Source of the DNA: Clostridia bacterium
GTDB lineage: Bacteria > Bacillota > Clostridia > Oscillospirales > CAG-272
Assembly: GCA_017399105.1 (NCBI GenBank)
Contig: JAFQEJ010000057.1
Location: forward strand, 68,191 to 132,190
Direction: 5' to 3'
DNA length: 64,000 nucleotides
Under the pieces are notes generated by a model that was given only the letters and a program-made list of their open reading frames with translations, did not search any database and was not told the origin of the DNA. A program made the translations under genes and the position numbers. Every line of letters starts with the position of its first letter. Positions within the stretch are counted from its first letter, which is position 1. Shown in pieces: positions 29,404 to 39,817 of the stretch.

Positions 29404-30252
29404 TTATTTTTCCAGCTTCTTCTCGATGGCATCGAGGGCGCTGTCCAGATAGTCAAGCTCCATCAGCTCGAGCATACCCTTGTCGCAGAGAGATGCGATC
29501 TTGGGATCCAGCGGAATGCGGGCGAGCAGGTCAAGACCGAACTCATCGGCAGCTTCCTTGGTGTGGCTCTCGCCGAAGATGCTGATTTCCTTGCCGCAGT
29601 CGGGACACTTGATATAGCTCATATTTTCGACGATGCCGAGGACGGGAATATTCATCATCTTAGCCATGTTGACCGCCTTTGCTACAATCATGGATACCAG
29701 CTCCTGAGGGCTTGTCACGATGATGATGCCGTCAAGAGGAAGCGACTGGAATACAGTCAGCGGAACATCGCCTGTTCCGGGAGGCATATCCACATACATA
29801 AAGTCCACATCGCCCCAGACAACATCGGTCCAGAACTGCTTGACAGTGCCTGCGATAACAGGACCGCGCCAAACAACGGGCATCTTTTCGTCATTGAGCA
29901 GAAGGTTGACGCTCATGACCTCAATGCCGGTCTTGGTCTGAAGGGGGAACATGCCGTCATCACAGCCGGTAACCTCGCCCTTGAGATTGAAAATCTTGGG
30001 GATGGAGGGACCTGTGACATCTGCATCGAGGATTGCGGTTTTATTGCCTCTTCTCTGAGAAAGAACAGAGAGCATGGAGGTTACCAGCGATTTGCCGACG
30101 CCGCCCTTACCGCTGACGATACCGATAACATGCTTGACCTCGCTGAGTCTGTTGGCAGGCTCGAGCAGGCTTTCTTTGTTTTTGGAGGGACAGTTTGCTC
30201 CGCAGGTGGAGCAGTCATGTGTACAGCCCTCAACAGTTTCGTTTTCTGCCAT
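29404..30252 (-). CDS. Mrp/NBP35 family Fe-S cluster carrier ATPase
   Basis: N-terminal CxxxCxxCxxxC, SGKGGVGKS, WRGP, DMPPGTGD and VENMSYIKCPDC. Confidence 0.93.
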   Translation of the reverse strand: MAENETVEGCTHDCSTCGANCPSKNKESLLEPANRLSEVKHVIGIVSGKGGVGKSLVTSMLSVLSQRRGNKTAILDADVTGPSIPKIFNLKGEVTGCDDGMFPLQTKTGIEVMSVNLLLNDEKMPVVWRGPVIAGTVKQFWTDVVWGDVDFMYVDMPPGTGDVPLTVFQSLPLDGIIIVTSPQELVSMIVAKAVNMAKMMNIPVLGIVENMSYIKCPDCGKEISIFGESHTKEAADEFGLDLLARIPLDPKIASLCDKGMLELMELDYLDSALDAIEKKLEK

Positions 30253-30415
30253 TATAATCACCTCGTAGGAATTTTTACGGTATGAAAGTCATAACGATAT
30301 TATTATATATCATTTCATCCGGAATATCAAGCGTTTGGGAGATTTATTTACAATAAAAAAACGACATGCCATCGGAAGGATAATGTTGAAATATCACACA
30401 AAATTTCACATATGA

Positions 30416-30433
30416 ATGTGTAAAAGATCACAA
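30416..30433. promoter_or_regulatory. Putative Rex (NADH-sensing repressor) operator
   Basis: ATGTGTA-AAAG-ATCACAA versus the consensus TTGTGAA-N4-TTCACAA (3 mismatches). More TCACA half-sites lie nearby, upstream of the hydrogenase cluster. Confidence 0.45.
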
Positions 30434-30595
30434 AATCTCTCATAAATGCGTTTATTCACAAAAAATTATTTTGTAAAATCTGAAAAAACTATAGCATTTT
30501 AGTTCGCGATATTGTATAATGGAAATGATAGATAAAAAAACATGCGGTGGCTGTGAAAAACTGCCGCAAATTCTTGTAAAGGGTAGGTTATCTGT

Positions 30596-30949
30596 ATGAC
30601 AATCAGAGAAATCTGCGATCTTCTCGGTGCCAAGGTTCTCTGCGGCGAAGACAAGCTTGAAAATGAGGTTCATTCTGCCTGCGGCTGTGATATGATGAGC
30701 GACGTTCTGGCCTATGTAAAGGATCAGGCTGTGCTGCTGACCGGTCTTGTCAATCCCCAGGTTGTCCGCACCGCGGTTATGATGGATATGAGATGTATCG
30801 TCTTTGTACGCGGCAAAATGCCAAACGAAGATATTCTGGAGCTGGCATGTGAAGCCGGTATTGCCGTGCTCTCCACAGATGAGCGTCTGTATGTTGCCTG
30901 CGGTAAGCTTTACTGCAGCGGACTTCGCGGAGGAGGTGTGGCAGAATGA
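30596..30949 (+). CDS. DRTGG domain protein
   Basis: CDMMSDVL...LLTGL...VVRTA...IVFVRGK. Confidence 0.85.
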   Translation: MTIREICDLLGAKVLCGEDKLENEVHSACGCDMMSDVLAYVKDQAVLLTGLVNPQVVRTAVMMDMRCIVFVRGKMPNEDILELACEAGIAVLSTDERLYVACGKLYCSGLRGGGVAE

Positions 30950-31368
30950 CCGAGGGAATCCGTTTTCATTATGATGTAGACGGTGATAATTTCACATCGG
31001 CGGGCGAGGCTTCGGTGAATGTTAAAAAGAAGCTGCGTCAGATGGGCTTTGATCCCGATGTGATTCGCCGCGTTTCGATTGCCATGTATGAGGGAGAGAT
31101 CAATATGGTCATCCATGCCGACGGCGGTGAGGCTGATGTTGAGGTGCTCTCCGATAAGATTATCATTACGCTGGCAGACAAGGGGCCCGGTATTCCCGAT
31201 ATTGAGCAGGCGATGCAGGAGGGCTTCTCCACTGCGCCCGACAATATCCGCTCGCTGGGCTTTGGCGCCGGTATGGGTCTGCCCAATATGAAGCGCTATA
31301 CCGACAGCCTCGAGATCGAGTCGGAGGTCGGCGTCGGTACCACCGTGCGCATGACGGTAAACGTATAA
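30946..31368 (+). CDS. RsbT/anti-sigma-like Ser/Thr kinase (HATPase_c)
   Basis: YEGEINMVIHA, DKGPGI, EGFST and GAGMGLPN. Confidence 0.88.
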   Translation: MTEGIRFHYDVDGDNFTSAGEASVNVKKKLRQMGFDPDVIRRVSIAMYEGEINMVIHADGGEADVEVLSDKIIITLADKGPGIPDIEQAMQEGFSTAPDNIRSLGFGAGMGLPNMKRYTDSLEIESEVGVGTTVRMTVNV

Positions 31369-31438
31369 CAGAACGGATGCCGTCCTAAATATTACCGCCC
31401 TGTTTCTATGTTCCGGAGCGGTCAACAGGAGGTGCGAC

Positions 31439-32758
31439 ATGCAATCTAACATACATTCGGTATCGCTTGAGGTCGATAAGTGCAAAGGCTGTACTCATTG
31501 TCTCAAGCGATGCCCCACCGAAGCGATAAGAATCCGCGACGGACACGCAGTGATCATTACCGAACGCTGCATCGACTGCGGAGAATGTATCAGACTCTGC
31601 CCCTATAAGGCGAAGAAAGCCACCTACGATAAGCTGGAGCAGTTTGATCACTTTAAATATAAAATCGCCATTCCCGCACCGGCACTATACGGTCAGTTCG
31701 TCAATCTCGATGATATTGACTATGTGCTCACCGGTCTTCTTCACTGCGGCTTTGACGATGTATTCGAGGTGTCGCGTGCTGCCGAACTGGTTTCGGACTA
31801 CACCCGCTACTACCTCCACGATCCGCATATTCAGAAGCCTGTGATCAGCTCGGCATGCCCGGTTATCATCCGTCTGATCGCGGCGCGCTTCCCCTATCTG
31901 CTGGACAATCTTCTTCCCATGCTGCCGCCGGTTGAGCTGGCTGCCCGCATTGCCAAGAAGGAGGCGAAGGAGAAGCATCCCGAGCTGAAGGATGAGGACA
32001 TCTGTGCCATCTTCATTTCACCCTGTCCCGCCAAGGTCAGCTATGTGAAGAGCCCCATCGGTGTTGAGAAGAGTGCCATCGACGGTGCGCTCTCCATGTC
32101 GGATATATACTTCAAGCTGGTTTCGGCGATGAAGAAGATCAAGAATCCCGAATCGCTCTCCAAGTCGGGCGTGATCGGAGTCAGCTGGGCAGGGGCAGGC
32201 GGTGAATCCTCTGCGCTTTTCAACGATAAATATCTGGCTGCCGACGGCATCGAGAACTGCATCGAGGTGCTTGATCAGATTGAGAACGACAACTTCTCGG
32301 ATCTGGAGTTCATCGAGCTGAATGCCTGCCACGGCGGCTGTGTGGGCGGTGCGCTCACTGTGGAAAATGCATACATAGCAAAGGCGAGACTTCAGAGCCT
32401 GCGCCGTTATCTGCCGGTCTCTCAGAACCGTGTTCCCCCTCCTGAAAAGGATGGCAGGGAGGGCGTTCCCGAGGAATTTTTCTGGAGCAGTGCGCCCGAA
32501 TACAGACCGGTCACCATGCTTGCCGGCGACAAGAGTGCTGCTATGAAGAAAATGATGGATATCGAGCGTCTGACCGAGATGCTCTCTCATCTGGACTGCG
32601 GCTCCTGCGGTGCTCCCACATGCCGTGCTCTTGCCGAGGATATTGTCAACGGTGAGGCATCCGAGAGCGACTGCATTATCAAGATGCGCCAGCAGATTCA
32701 CGATCTCTATGCCGAGCATAAGACGCCCGAATCGGATGACGCCGGACAGGAGGGATGA
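31439..32758 (+). CDS. Putative sensory (group D-like) [FeFe]-hydrogenase with N-terminal 2x[4Fe-4S] and C-terminal FeS domain
   Basis: Variant H-cluster motifs SSACP, SPCPAK and ELNACHGGCVGG; C-terminal DCGSCGAPTC...C. Confidence 0.85.
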   Translation: MQSNIHSVSLEVDKCKGCTHCLKRCPTEAIRIRDGHAVIITERCIDCGECIRLCPYKAKKATYDKLEQFDHFKYKIAIPAPALYGQFVNLDDIDYVLTGLLHCGFDDVFEVSRAAELVSDYTRYYLHDPHIQKPVISSACPVIIRLIAARFPYLLDNLLPMLPPVELAARIAKKEAKEKHPELKDEDICAIFISPCPAKVSYVKSPIGVEKSAIDGALSMSDIYFKLVSAMKKIKNPESLSKSGVIGVSWAGAGGESSALFNDKYLAADGIENCIEVLDQIENDNFSDLEFIELNACHGGCVGGALTVENAYIAKARLQSLRRYLPVSQNRVPPPEKDGREGVPEEFFWSSAPEYRPVTMLAGDKSAAMKKMMDIERLTEMLSHLDCGSCGAPTCRALAEDIVNGEASESDCIIKMRQQIHDLYAEHKTPESDDAGQEG

Positions 32759-32761
32759 CCA

Positions 32762-33094
32762 ATGACTGTAAAAGAATTAACCGAAGCACTCAGCCTTGAG
32801 GTGCTGACTATGCCAGAACCCGATCGAGAGATTACCGGCGGATATGCGGGTGACCTTTTGAGCTGGGTCATGGGCAGAGCCCGGAGCGGTGACGCATGGG
32901 TAACCATCATGACCAATATGAATGTGGTCGCTGTGGCATCGCTTGCCGATACAGCCTGCGTGGTTATTGCCGAAGCTGCCGAGATTGATGCGGGAATTGT
33001 TGAGCGTGCCGAGAGTCAGGGAATCAATCTGCTGCGAAGTGCAGATCCCATTTTCGCTGCCTGCAGCAGGATCGCGGCTGCCTGCGGTCTGTGA
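32762..33094 (+). CDS. DRTGG domain protein
   Basis: GGYAGDLLSWVM...WVTIMTNMNVVAVA. Confidence 0.85.
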   Translation: MTVKELTEALSLEVLTMPEPDREITGGYAGDLLSWVMGRARSGDAWVTIMTNMNVVAVASLADTACVVIAEAAEIDAGIVERAESQGINLLRSADPIFAACSRIAAACGL

Positions 33095-33098
33095 TATC

Positions 33099-33839
33099 AT
33101 GAGCCGCTATTTCTACGATCTGCACATTCATTCCTGTGCCTCTCCCTGCGCTGACAATGACATGACTCCCAATAACATTGCCGGCATGGCGGCGCTCAAC
33201 GGACTGGGCATTGCTGCCATCACCGATCACAATACCTGCGGTAACTGCAAAGCTTTTTTTGCAGCCTGCAAGCGGTATGGCGTGGTTCCCATTGCCGGTA
33301 TGGAGCTGTCCACATCTGAGGATGTTCATGCGGTATGTCTCTTTCCCGAGCTTGAAGCGGCACTGGATTTCGGTGAGCTTGTGAAAACAAAGCTGCCTAA
33401 AATCGCCAACCGTCCCGAGATTTTCGGGGATCAGCATTATCTGGATGAGGATGACGAGATCATTGGGGAGGAAGAGCTGCTGCTTATCAATGCCACCGCG
33501 CTCTCGCTGGACGAGGCTGCCGATGAGGTGCGCTCCCGCGGCGGTGTAATTTATCCGGCGCATATCGACAGGGAAGCGAACGGCATTATTACCATGCTGG
33601 GTGCGATTCCGCCCGAGCCGGGCTTTGCCTGTGCGGAGCTTGCCGATATGGATTCGCTTGAAAACCATCGGCATTATCTGGAGGCGGTGAATATCGGCTG
33701 TGTGCTCTGCAATTCGGATGCACACTATCTCTGGGATATCAACGGAAACGAGCACAGTGTGGAGATCGATGACGAGCCTTACAGCTCCGCTCTGGTCCGT
33801 GCACGTTTCATTGAGGCTGTAGCAAAGGGTAAATTGTGA
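33099..33839 (+). CDS. PHP domain phosphoesterase/phosphatase
   Basis: DLHIHS, ITDHN, GME, PAHIDR and NSDAH. Confidence 0.9.
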   Translation: MSRYFYDLHIHSCASPCADNDMTPNNIAGMAALNGLGIAAITDHNTCGNCKAFFAACKRYGVVPIAGMELSTSEDVHAVCLFPELEAALDFGELVKTKLPKIANRPEIFGDQHYLDEDDEIIGEEELLLINATALSLDEAADEVRSRGGVIYPAHIDREANGIITMLGAIPPEPGFACAELADMDSLENHRHYLEAVNIGCVLCNSDAHYLWDINGNEHSVEIDDEPYSSALVRARFIEAVAKGKL

Positions 33840-34013
33840 TGGATTTACATTTAATTGCAAATAATCACATTTATTGTAAAAATATTACTTTGGAAAAATG
33901 AAAAAAATATAGAAATTTACGAAAAGCTATAGAAATTTCGTATGGAATGTAGTATAATATACAGGATATATTACATCAACAATCTGTAAATATATACGGG
34001 AGGTTTTCCAACA

Positions 34014-34508
34014 ATGAAAAAGAAGTTGACCACGGTTATGTTCCGCGGTACAAGAGCGCAGGAAGAGCAGCTTGATGCTGTAATCGCCGAGCTCCGCGAC
34101 ACACAGGGCGCTATGATGCCCATTATGCAGAAGGCCCAGGATATCTACGGCTATCTTCCCATTGAGGTTCAGAAGATGATCGCAGTGAAGATGGGTGTTC
34201 CGCTGGAAGAGGTCTACGGTATCGCTTCCTTCTATTCCCAGTTCCGTCTCAACCCCACAGGTGAGGTTTCGATCGCAGTATGTCTCGGTACCGCCTGCTA
34301 CGTTAAGGGCTCGGGCGACATCACCGACCGCATCAAGATCAAGCTCGGCATCGAGCCCGGCAGCACTTCCCCCGACGGAAAGTTCTCGCTTGAGTGCACA
34401 CGCTGCATCGGCGCCTGCGGTCTGGCACCTGTTCTGACCATCAACAACGATGTATACGGCAGACTTTCCACCGGCGACGTTGACGGCATCCTCGCAAAGT
34501 ATATGTAA
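34014..34508 (+). CDS. hndA: NAD(P)-dependent [FeFe]-hydrogenase NuoE-like subunit
   Basis: YGYLP, FYSQF, VCLGTACYVKG and RCIGACGLAP. Confidence 0.9.
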   Translation: MKKKLTTVMFRGTRAQEEQLDAVIAELRDTQGAMMPIMQKAQDIYGYLPIEVQKMIAVKMGVPLEEVYGIASFYSQFRLNPTGEVSIAVCLGTACYVKGSGDITDRIKIKLGIEPGSTSPDGKFSLECTRCIGACGLAPVLTINNDVYGRLSTGDVDGILAKYM

Positions 34509-34535
34509 TGTTCCGCGGTATAACGGGTAAGCATC

Positions 34536-35078
34536 ATGAAAGAGCTGTCGCTGAACATTCTTGATATCACAATGAATTCGGTCAAGGCAGAGGCATCGCT
34601 GATCTCGATCTCCATGGTTGAGGACGAGCAGGGGTGGATGACCCTTGAAATCGCCGACAACGGCTGCGGTATGTCGGAGGATATGGCGGCATCTGTTGCC
34701 GATCCCTTCTGCACGACCCGCACAACCCGCAAGGTCGGTTTGGGTGTCCCGCTCCTTAAAATGGCGGCTGAACAGACCGGAGGCGATGTGAAGATTGTCT
34801 CTTCCACTGCGGAGGAGGATCACGGAACAACGGTTACCGCTCGCTTTGATACCCGTCATATCGATTTTACACCCATCGGTGACATTGTTGCTACCATCTG
34901 TACCCTTATTCAGGGCTCACCGGATATCGACTTTGTCTACAGCCACAAAACGCCGACCCTTGAGGTTTCGCTGGATACCAGAGAGCTTCGGGCAGTGTTG
35001 GGCGATGTGTCGCTGGCTGAGTGGGAGATCATTTCCTGGATTGAAGAAAATCTCAGGGAACAATATCAAAACAATTAA
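34536..35078 (+). CDS. HATPase_c ATP-binding protein embedded in the hydrogenase operon
   Basis: DITMNSVKA, DNGCGM and DPFCTTRTTRKVGLG. Confidence 0.85.
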   Translation: MKELSLNILDITMNSVKAEASLISISMVEDEQGWMTLEIADNGCGMSEDMAASVADPFCTTRTTRKVGLGVPLLKMAAEQTGGDVKIVSSTAEEDHGTTVTARFDTRHIDFTPIGDIVATICTLIQGSPDIDFVYSHKTPTLEVSLDTRELRAVLGDVSLAEWEIISWIEENLREQYQNN

Positions 35079-35100
35079 CAAAATCTGGAGGTTATTGCAA

Positions 35101-35478
35101 ATGAAAACACTTGCAGAGCTTGCTGCTATCAGAGATAAAATGAAGGATAAGGTCGCAATCCGTGAGGGCAGCGATACAACAAGAATCGTAGTCGGTATGG
35201 CTACCTGCGGTATCGCAGCGGGCGCAAGACCGGTTCTCTCGGCTTTCGTTGAGGGCGTTAACAATGCAGGTCTTGCAGAAAAGGTTACCGTAACCCAGAC
35301 AGGCTGCATCGGTATCTGCCAGTTCGAGCCTGTTGCCGAGGTTTTTGAAGAAGGCAAGGAAAAGGTTACATACGTTAAGCTGAATGCCGAGAAGGCACAG
35401 CGCATCGTAGAAGAGCATATCAAGGGCGGTAAGGTCGTTACCGAATACACCATCGGTGCTGACAACGCTGCGAAATAA
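35101..35478 (+). CDS. hndB: Thioredoxin-like [2Fe-2S] ferredoxin subunit
   Basis: VGMATCGIAAGA and TGCIGICQFEP; GGAGG RBS. Confidence 0.9.
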   Translation: MKTLAELAAIRDKMKDKVAIREGSDTTRIVVGMATCGIAAGARPVLSAFVEGVNNAGLAEKVTVTQTGCIGICQFEPVAEVFEEGKEKVTYVKLNAEKAQRIVEEHIKGGKVVTEYTIGADNAAK

Positions 35479-35499
35479 GAATTGGAGGAAAGGTAAAAG

Positions 35500-37302
35500 A
35501 TGATTCGTTCACATGTTCTCATCTGCGGCGGTACCGGATGTACATCCTCCGGCAGCGTTGCTATCAAAGAGGCGCTTGAAAATGAAATTGAAAAGAACGG
35601 TCTTGCTGAGGAAGTAAAGGTTGTTCTGACAGGCTGCTTCGGTCTTTGTGCTCTGGGTCCGATCATGATCGTTTATCCCGAAGGCACATTCTATAACATG
35701 GTTACAAAGGAAGATGTTCCCGAAATCGTTTCTGAGCATCTGCTCAAGGGTCGTCTCGTTGAGCGTCTTGTTTATCATGAAAAGGCTGACGAAACCAATG
35801 TTAACACCGCAATGTCTCTCAATGAGACTCGCTTCTATAAGAAGCAGAAGAGAGTTGCTCTCCGTAACTGCGGTCTGATCAACCCTGAAGTTATCGACGA
35901 GTACATCGGCGTTGACGGTTACCAGGCTCTTGGTAAGGTACTTACCGAAATGACTCCCGACGAGGTTATCCAGTGCATCCTTGATTCCGGTCTTCGCGGC
36001 CGCGGCGGTGCAGGATTCCCCACTGGTAAGAAGTGGCAGCTTGCCCGCAACCTGGTTCAGGACGGCGGCAAGAAGTATGTTGCATGTAACGCCGACGAGG
36101 GTGACCCCGGTGCATTCATGGACCGTTCTATCCTCGAGGGTGACCCCCATGCCCTCATCGAAGCAATGGCGATCGCAGGTTATGCAATCGGCGCTGATGA
36201 AGGTTATGTATATGTAAGAGCTGAGTATCCTATCGCGATTCACAGACTTGAGATTGCGATCAAGCAGGCTCGCGAGTACGGTCTGCTCGGCAAGGATATC
36301 TTCGGCACAGGCTTTAACTTTGACATCTCCCTCCGTCTCGGTGCGGGCGCATTCGTATGCGGCGAGGAGACTGCGCTCATGACCTCTATCGAGGGTAACC
36401 GCGGTGAGCCCCGTCCCCGTCCTCCGTTCCCTGCAGTCAAGGGTCTGTTCGGCCGTCCTACCGTTCTGAACAACGTTGAGACCTATGCAAACATCGCACA
36501 GATTATCTTAAACGGTCCCGAATGGTTCTCCTCCATGGGTACCGAAAAGTCCAAGGGTACCAAGGTATTTGCTCTGGGCGGTAAGATCAAGAACACCGGT
36601 CTCGTTGAGATTCCCATGGGTACAACCCTGCGTGAAGTTATCGACGAAATCGGCGGCGGCATCCCCAACGGCAAGAAGTTCAAGGCTGCTCAGACAGGCG
36701 GTCCTTCCGGCGGATGCATCCCTGCTTCGCTCATCGATACTCCCATGGATTATGACTCGCTGCTGGCTATCGGCTCGATGATGGGCTCCGGCGGTCTGAT
36801 CGTTATGGACGAAGATACCTGTATGGTTGACATCGCACGCTTCTTCCTCGACTTCACAGTTGACGAGTCCTGCGGTAAGTGCACACCCTGCCGTGTCGGT
36901 ACAAGAAGAATGCTCGAAATCCTCGATAAGATCATCGAAGGCAAGGGCGAGCTCGAGGATATCGACAAGCTGGAAGAGCTGGCTGAATATATCAAGTCCG
37001 CTTCTCTCTGCGGTCTCGGTCAGACAGCACCGAACCCCGTTCTTTCCACACTCCGTTACTTCAGAGATGAGTATATCGCTCACGTTGTGGACAAGAAGTG
37101 CCCTGCCGGCGTCTGCAAGAATCTGCTCTCCTATGTTATCATCGAGGATAAGTGTAAGGGCTGTACCGCCTGCGCACGCGTATGTCCCGTTAACGCCATC
37201 AGCGGCAGCGTAAAGAACCCGCATGTCATCGACACCGCTAAGTGCATTAAGTGCGGCGCTTGTATGACCAAGTGTAAGTTCGACGCCATCATTAAGAAAT
37301 AA
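35500..37302 (+). CDS. hndC: NuoF-like FMN/NADH-binding hydrogenase subunit
   Basis: GLRGRGGAGFP, NADEGDPGAFMDR, GAFVCGEE, GGPSGG, ESCGKCTPCR and a C-terminal 2x[4Fe-4S] domain. Confidence 0.95.
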   Translation: MIRSHVLICGGTGCTSSGSVAIKEALENEIEKNGLAEEVKVVLTGCFGLCALGPIMIVYPEGTFYNMVTKEDVPEIVSEHLLKGRLVERLVYHEKADETNVNTAMSLNETRFYKKQKRVALRNCGLINPEVIDEYIGVDGYQALGKVLTEMTPDEVIQCILDSGLRGRGGAGFPTGKKWQLARNLVQDGGKKYVACNADEGDPGAFMDRSILEGDPHALIEAMAIAGYAIGADEGYVYVRAEYPIAIHRLEIAIKQAREYGLLGKDIFGTGFNFDISLRLGAGAFVCGEETALMTSIEGNRGEPRPRPPFPAVKGLFGRPTVLNNVETYANIAQIILNGPEWFSSMGTEKSKGTKVFALGGKIKNTGLVEIPMGTTLREVIDEIGGGIPNGKKFKAAQTGGPSGGCIPASLIDTPMDYDSLLAIGSMMGSGGLIVMDEDTCMVDIARFFLDFTVDESCGKCTPCRVGTRRMLEILDKIIEGKGELEDIDKLEELAEYIKSASLCGLGQTAPNPVLSTLRYFRDEYIAHVVDKKCPAGVCKNLLSYVIIEDKCKGCTACARVCPVNAISGSVKNPHVIDTAKCIKCGACMTKCKFDAIIKK

Positions 37303-37322
37303 GGAAGGAGCTTGTTTAATCA

Positions 37323-39062
37323 ATGGATACCGTTAATGTAAAAATAAACGGCAAAGAATATTCGGTTCCGGCGGGCAGCACCGTCCTGGAAGCCGCTAAG
37401 ATTGCCAATATCGATATTCCTACCCTCTGCTACCTGAAGGATATCAACGAGATCGGCGCATGCCGTCTCTGCCTCGTTGAAGTTAAGGGCGCAAGAGGTC
37501 TGGTAACTGCATGTGTTTACCCCGTAAACGAGGGCATGGAGATTACCACCAACTCTCCCAAGATCAGAGCTGCCAGAAAGACCAACCTGGAGCTTCTGCT
37601 CTCCAACCATGACAGAAGATGTCTCTCCTGCGTAAAGAGCACTACCTGCGAGCTGCAGAAGCTCTGCCAGGAGTACGGCGTTGAGGAAGGTCACTTCACC
37701 GGCGTGAAGAGCGAGTATCCCCTCGACGAGTCCTCTGTTGCTATCATCCGCGACAACAACAAGTGTATCCTCTGCCGCCGCTGCACAGCTGCCTGCACAC
37801 AGTTGCAGGGTATCGGTGCCATCGGTGCCAATGACAGAGGTTTCGATACACACATCGCATCTCCCTTTGAAATGCCTCTTGCTGAGACCACATGTATCAA
37901 CTGCGGTCAGTGCGTAGTTGCATGTCCTACCGGCGCTCTCTATGAGAGAGATGATACCAAGCAGGTATTCGATGCTATCGCAGATCCCACCAAGCATGTT
38001 GCTATCTGCGCAGCTCCCTCTGTTCGTGCTACCATCGGTGAGTGCTTCGGCTACGAGCCCGGTACCGATGTTGAGGGCAAGATGGTTGCCGCTATGAAGG
38101 CTCTCGGCTTTGACGGCGTTTACGATATGAATCTTACCGCTGACCTCACCATCATGGAAGAGGCTACCGAGTTCCTTGACAGATTCCAGAACGGCGGCAA
38201 GCTCCCGCTGATCACCTCCTGCTCGCCCGGTTGGATCAAGTACTGCGAGCACTACTTCCCCGAAATGACCGAGAATCTCTCCTCCTGCAAGTCTCCTCAG
38301 CAGATGTTCGGTGCAATGTACAAGACCTACTACGCACAGAAGGTCGGCCTTGATCCCAAGGATATCTTCTTCGTATCTGTCATTCCCTGTACCGCAAAGA
38401 AGTTCGAGGTTAAGCGTGACGGTCAGAATGCCGCAGGTGTTCCCGATGTTGATGTTGCTATCACAACCCGCGAGCTCGCAAGAATGATCGAGACCGCAGG
38501 CATCAACTTCAGAGATCTCGCTGACGAGAAGTTTGACCAGCCCTTCGACATCGGTTCGGGCGCAGGCGCAATCTTCGGTGCTACCGGCGGCGTTATGGAG
38601 GCAGCTCTCCGTACAGCAGCTGAGGTTATCACCGGTCAGACCCTCGAAAAGCTCGACTTTGAAGAAGTCCGCGGTACAGCAGGCATCAAGCGTGCTTCCT
38701 ACAAGCTGGGCGATGTTGAAATCAAGGTTGCAGTTTGCAGCGGTACTGCCAATGCAAATCGTCTCCTCAAGGCTGTTGAAGCAGGCGAGGAAAAGGTTGA
38801 CTTCATCGAGATCATGGCTTGTCCCGGCGGATGCGTCAACGGTGGTGGACAGCCCGTTCAGCCCGCAGTTGTTCGCAATAACGTCAACCTCAGAGAAAAG
38901 CGCGCAGCTGTTCTCTACAACGCTGACAAGAACCTTCTGAACATCAGAAAGTCTCATGAAAACAGCGCAGTTAAGAAGCTCTATGATGAGTTCCTTGAGC
39001 ATCCCGGCAGCCACAAGGCTCACGAGATTCTCCACACTCATTATGTAAAGCGCGGTCTTTAA
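37323..39062 (+). CDS. hndD: Group A3-type [FeFe]-hydrogenase catalytic subunit
   Basis: N-terminal FeS domains; H-cluster motifs TSCSPGW, IPCTAKKFE and EIMACPGGCVNGGGQP. Confidence 0.95.
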   Translation: MDTVNVKINGKEYSVPAGSTVLEAAKIANIDIPTLCYLKDINEIGACRLCLVEVKGARGLVTACVYPVNEGMEITTNSPKIRAARKTNLELLLSNHDRRCLSCVKSTTCELQKLCQEYGVEEGHFTGVKSEYPLDESSVAIIRDNNKCILCRRCTAACTQLQGIGAIGANDRGFDTHIASPFEMPLAETTCINCGQCVVACPTGALYERDDTKQVFDAIADPTKHVAICAAPSVRATIGECFGYEPGTDVEGKMVAAMKALGFDGVYDMNLTADLTIMEEATEFLDRFQNGGKLPLITSCSPGWIKYCEHYFPEMTENLSSCKSPQQMFGAMYKTYYAQKVGLDPKDIFFVSVIPCTAKKFEVKRDGQNAAGVPDVDVAITTRELARMIETAGINFRDLADEKFDQPFDIGSGAGAIFGATGGVMEAALRTAAEVITGQTLEKLDFEEVRGTAGIKRASYKLGDVEIKVAVCSGTANANRLLKAVEAGEEKVDFIEIMACPGGCVNGGGQPVQPAVVRNNVNLREKRAAVLYNADKNLLNIRKSHENSAVKKLYDEFLEHPGSHKAHEILHTHYVKRGL

Positions 39063-39077
39063 TATTCAGTGATTTAT

Positions 39078-39109
39078 GGCATGGGCGGAGGAAACTCCGT
39101 CCATGTTTT
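39078..39109 (+). terminator. Intrinsic terminator of the hydrogenase operon
   Basis: CATGGGCGGAG-GAAA-CTCCGTCCATG-TTTT. Confidence 0.8.
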
Positions 39110-39125
39110 CATTATAGGAATTGTT

Positions 39126-39797
39126 ATGGTTAATATATTACTTGAACGCTATACCTTCAACGATCCGATGCTCTATGATACGCTGAAGGAATATATCAAG
39201 CCTCAGCATCGTGTTGCGGTGGTTCCTTTTTCCTTTCGCGATAACAGAGTGAAGGGGATTGAGGATTGGGAAAATCTCTACGGTAAAGATCACGGAAAAT
39301 TTTACGGTGATATTATTGCCGCCTTCGGAACTTACGGGATTGCAGAGGAGCAGATTGAATTCATCAACTATTTCACAGATACGAAGGAATCTGCCCGTCA
39401 AAAGGTGGAGGCTGCTGATATTCTTCATTTTCTCGGCGGGCTGCCCGATCGGATGTATGAGCGGCTGGCGGAATTTGATCTGCTTGGGATAATGGCGGCG
39501 CATGAGGGCATTGCCATGGGTTACAGTGCAGGTGCGGTGATTCAGCTTGCCGAATATCATCTGTCGCCTGATGAGGATTATCCTGCATTCGGGTATTATC
39601 CGGGCATCGGCTATCTGGACGGATTTTATGAAGAGGTACATTATACAGGCAGCGATGTGCAGAAGGCGAGCATAAAAAAGGTTCTTGCCGAGCGGAGAAA
39701 GCCGGTTTATGCGACAGGCGGTAATGCAGCTATTGTTGTTGACAACGGAAAAATGATAACTCTCGGTGATGTGGAAGTGTTTTATCCTGCAGACTGA
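39126..39797 (+). CDS. Peptidase S51 / class I glutamine amidotransferase-like protein
   Basis: ADILHFLGG and GYSAGA nucleophile elbow, EVHY. Confidence 0.8.
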   Translation: MVNILLERYTFNDPMLYDTLKEYIKPQHRVAVVPFSFRDNRVKGIEDWENLYGKDHGKFYGDIIAAFGTYGIAEEQIEFINYFTDTKESARQKVEAADILHFLGGLPDRMYERLAEFDLLGIMAAHEGIAMGYSAGAVIQLAEYHLSPDEDYPAFGYYPGIGYLDGFYEEVHYTGSDVQKASIKKVLAERRKPVYATGGNAAIVVDNGKMITLGDVEVFYPAD

Positions 39798-39817
39798 GGT
39801 CAGACCGAAAGGAGGCT

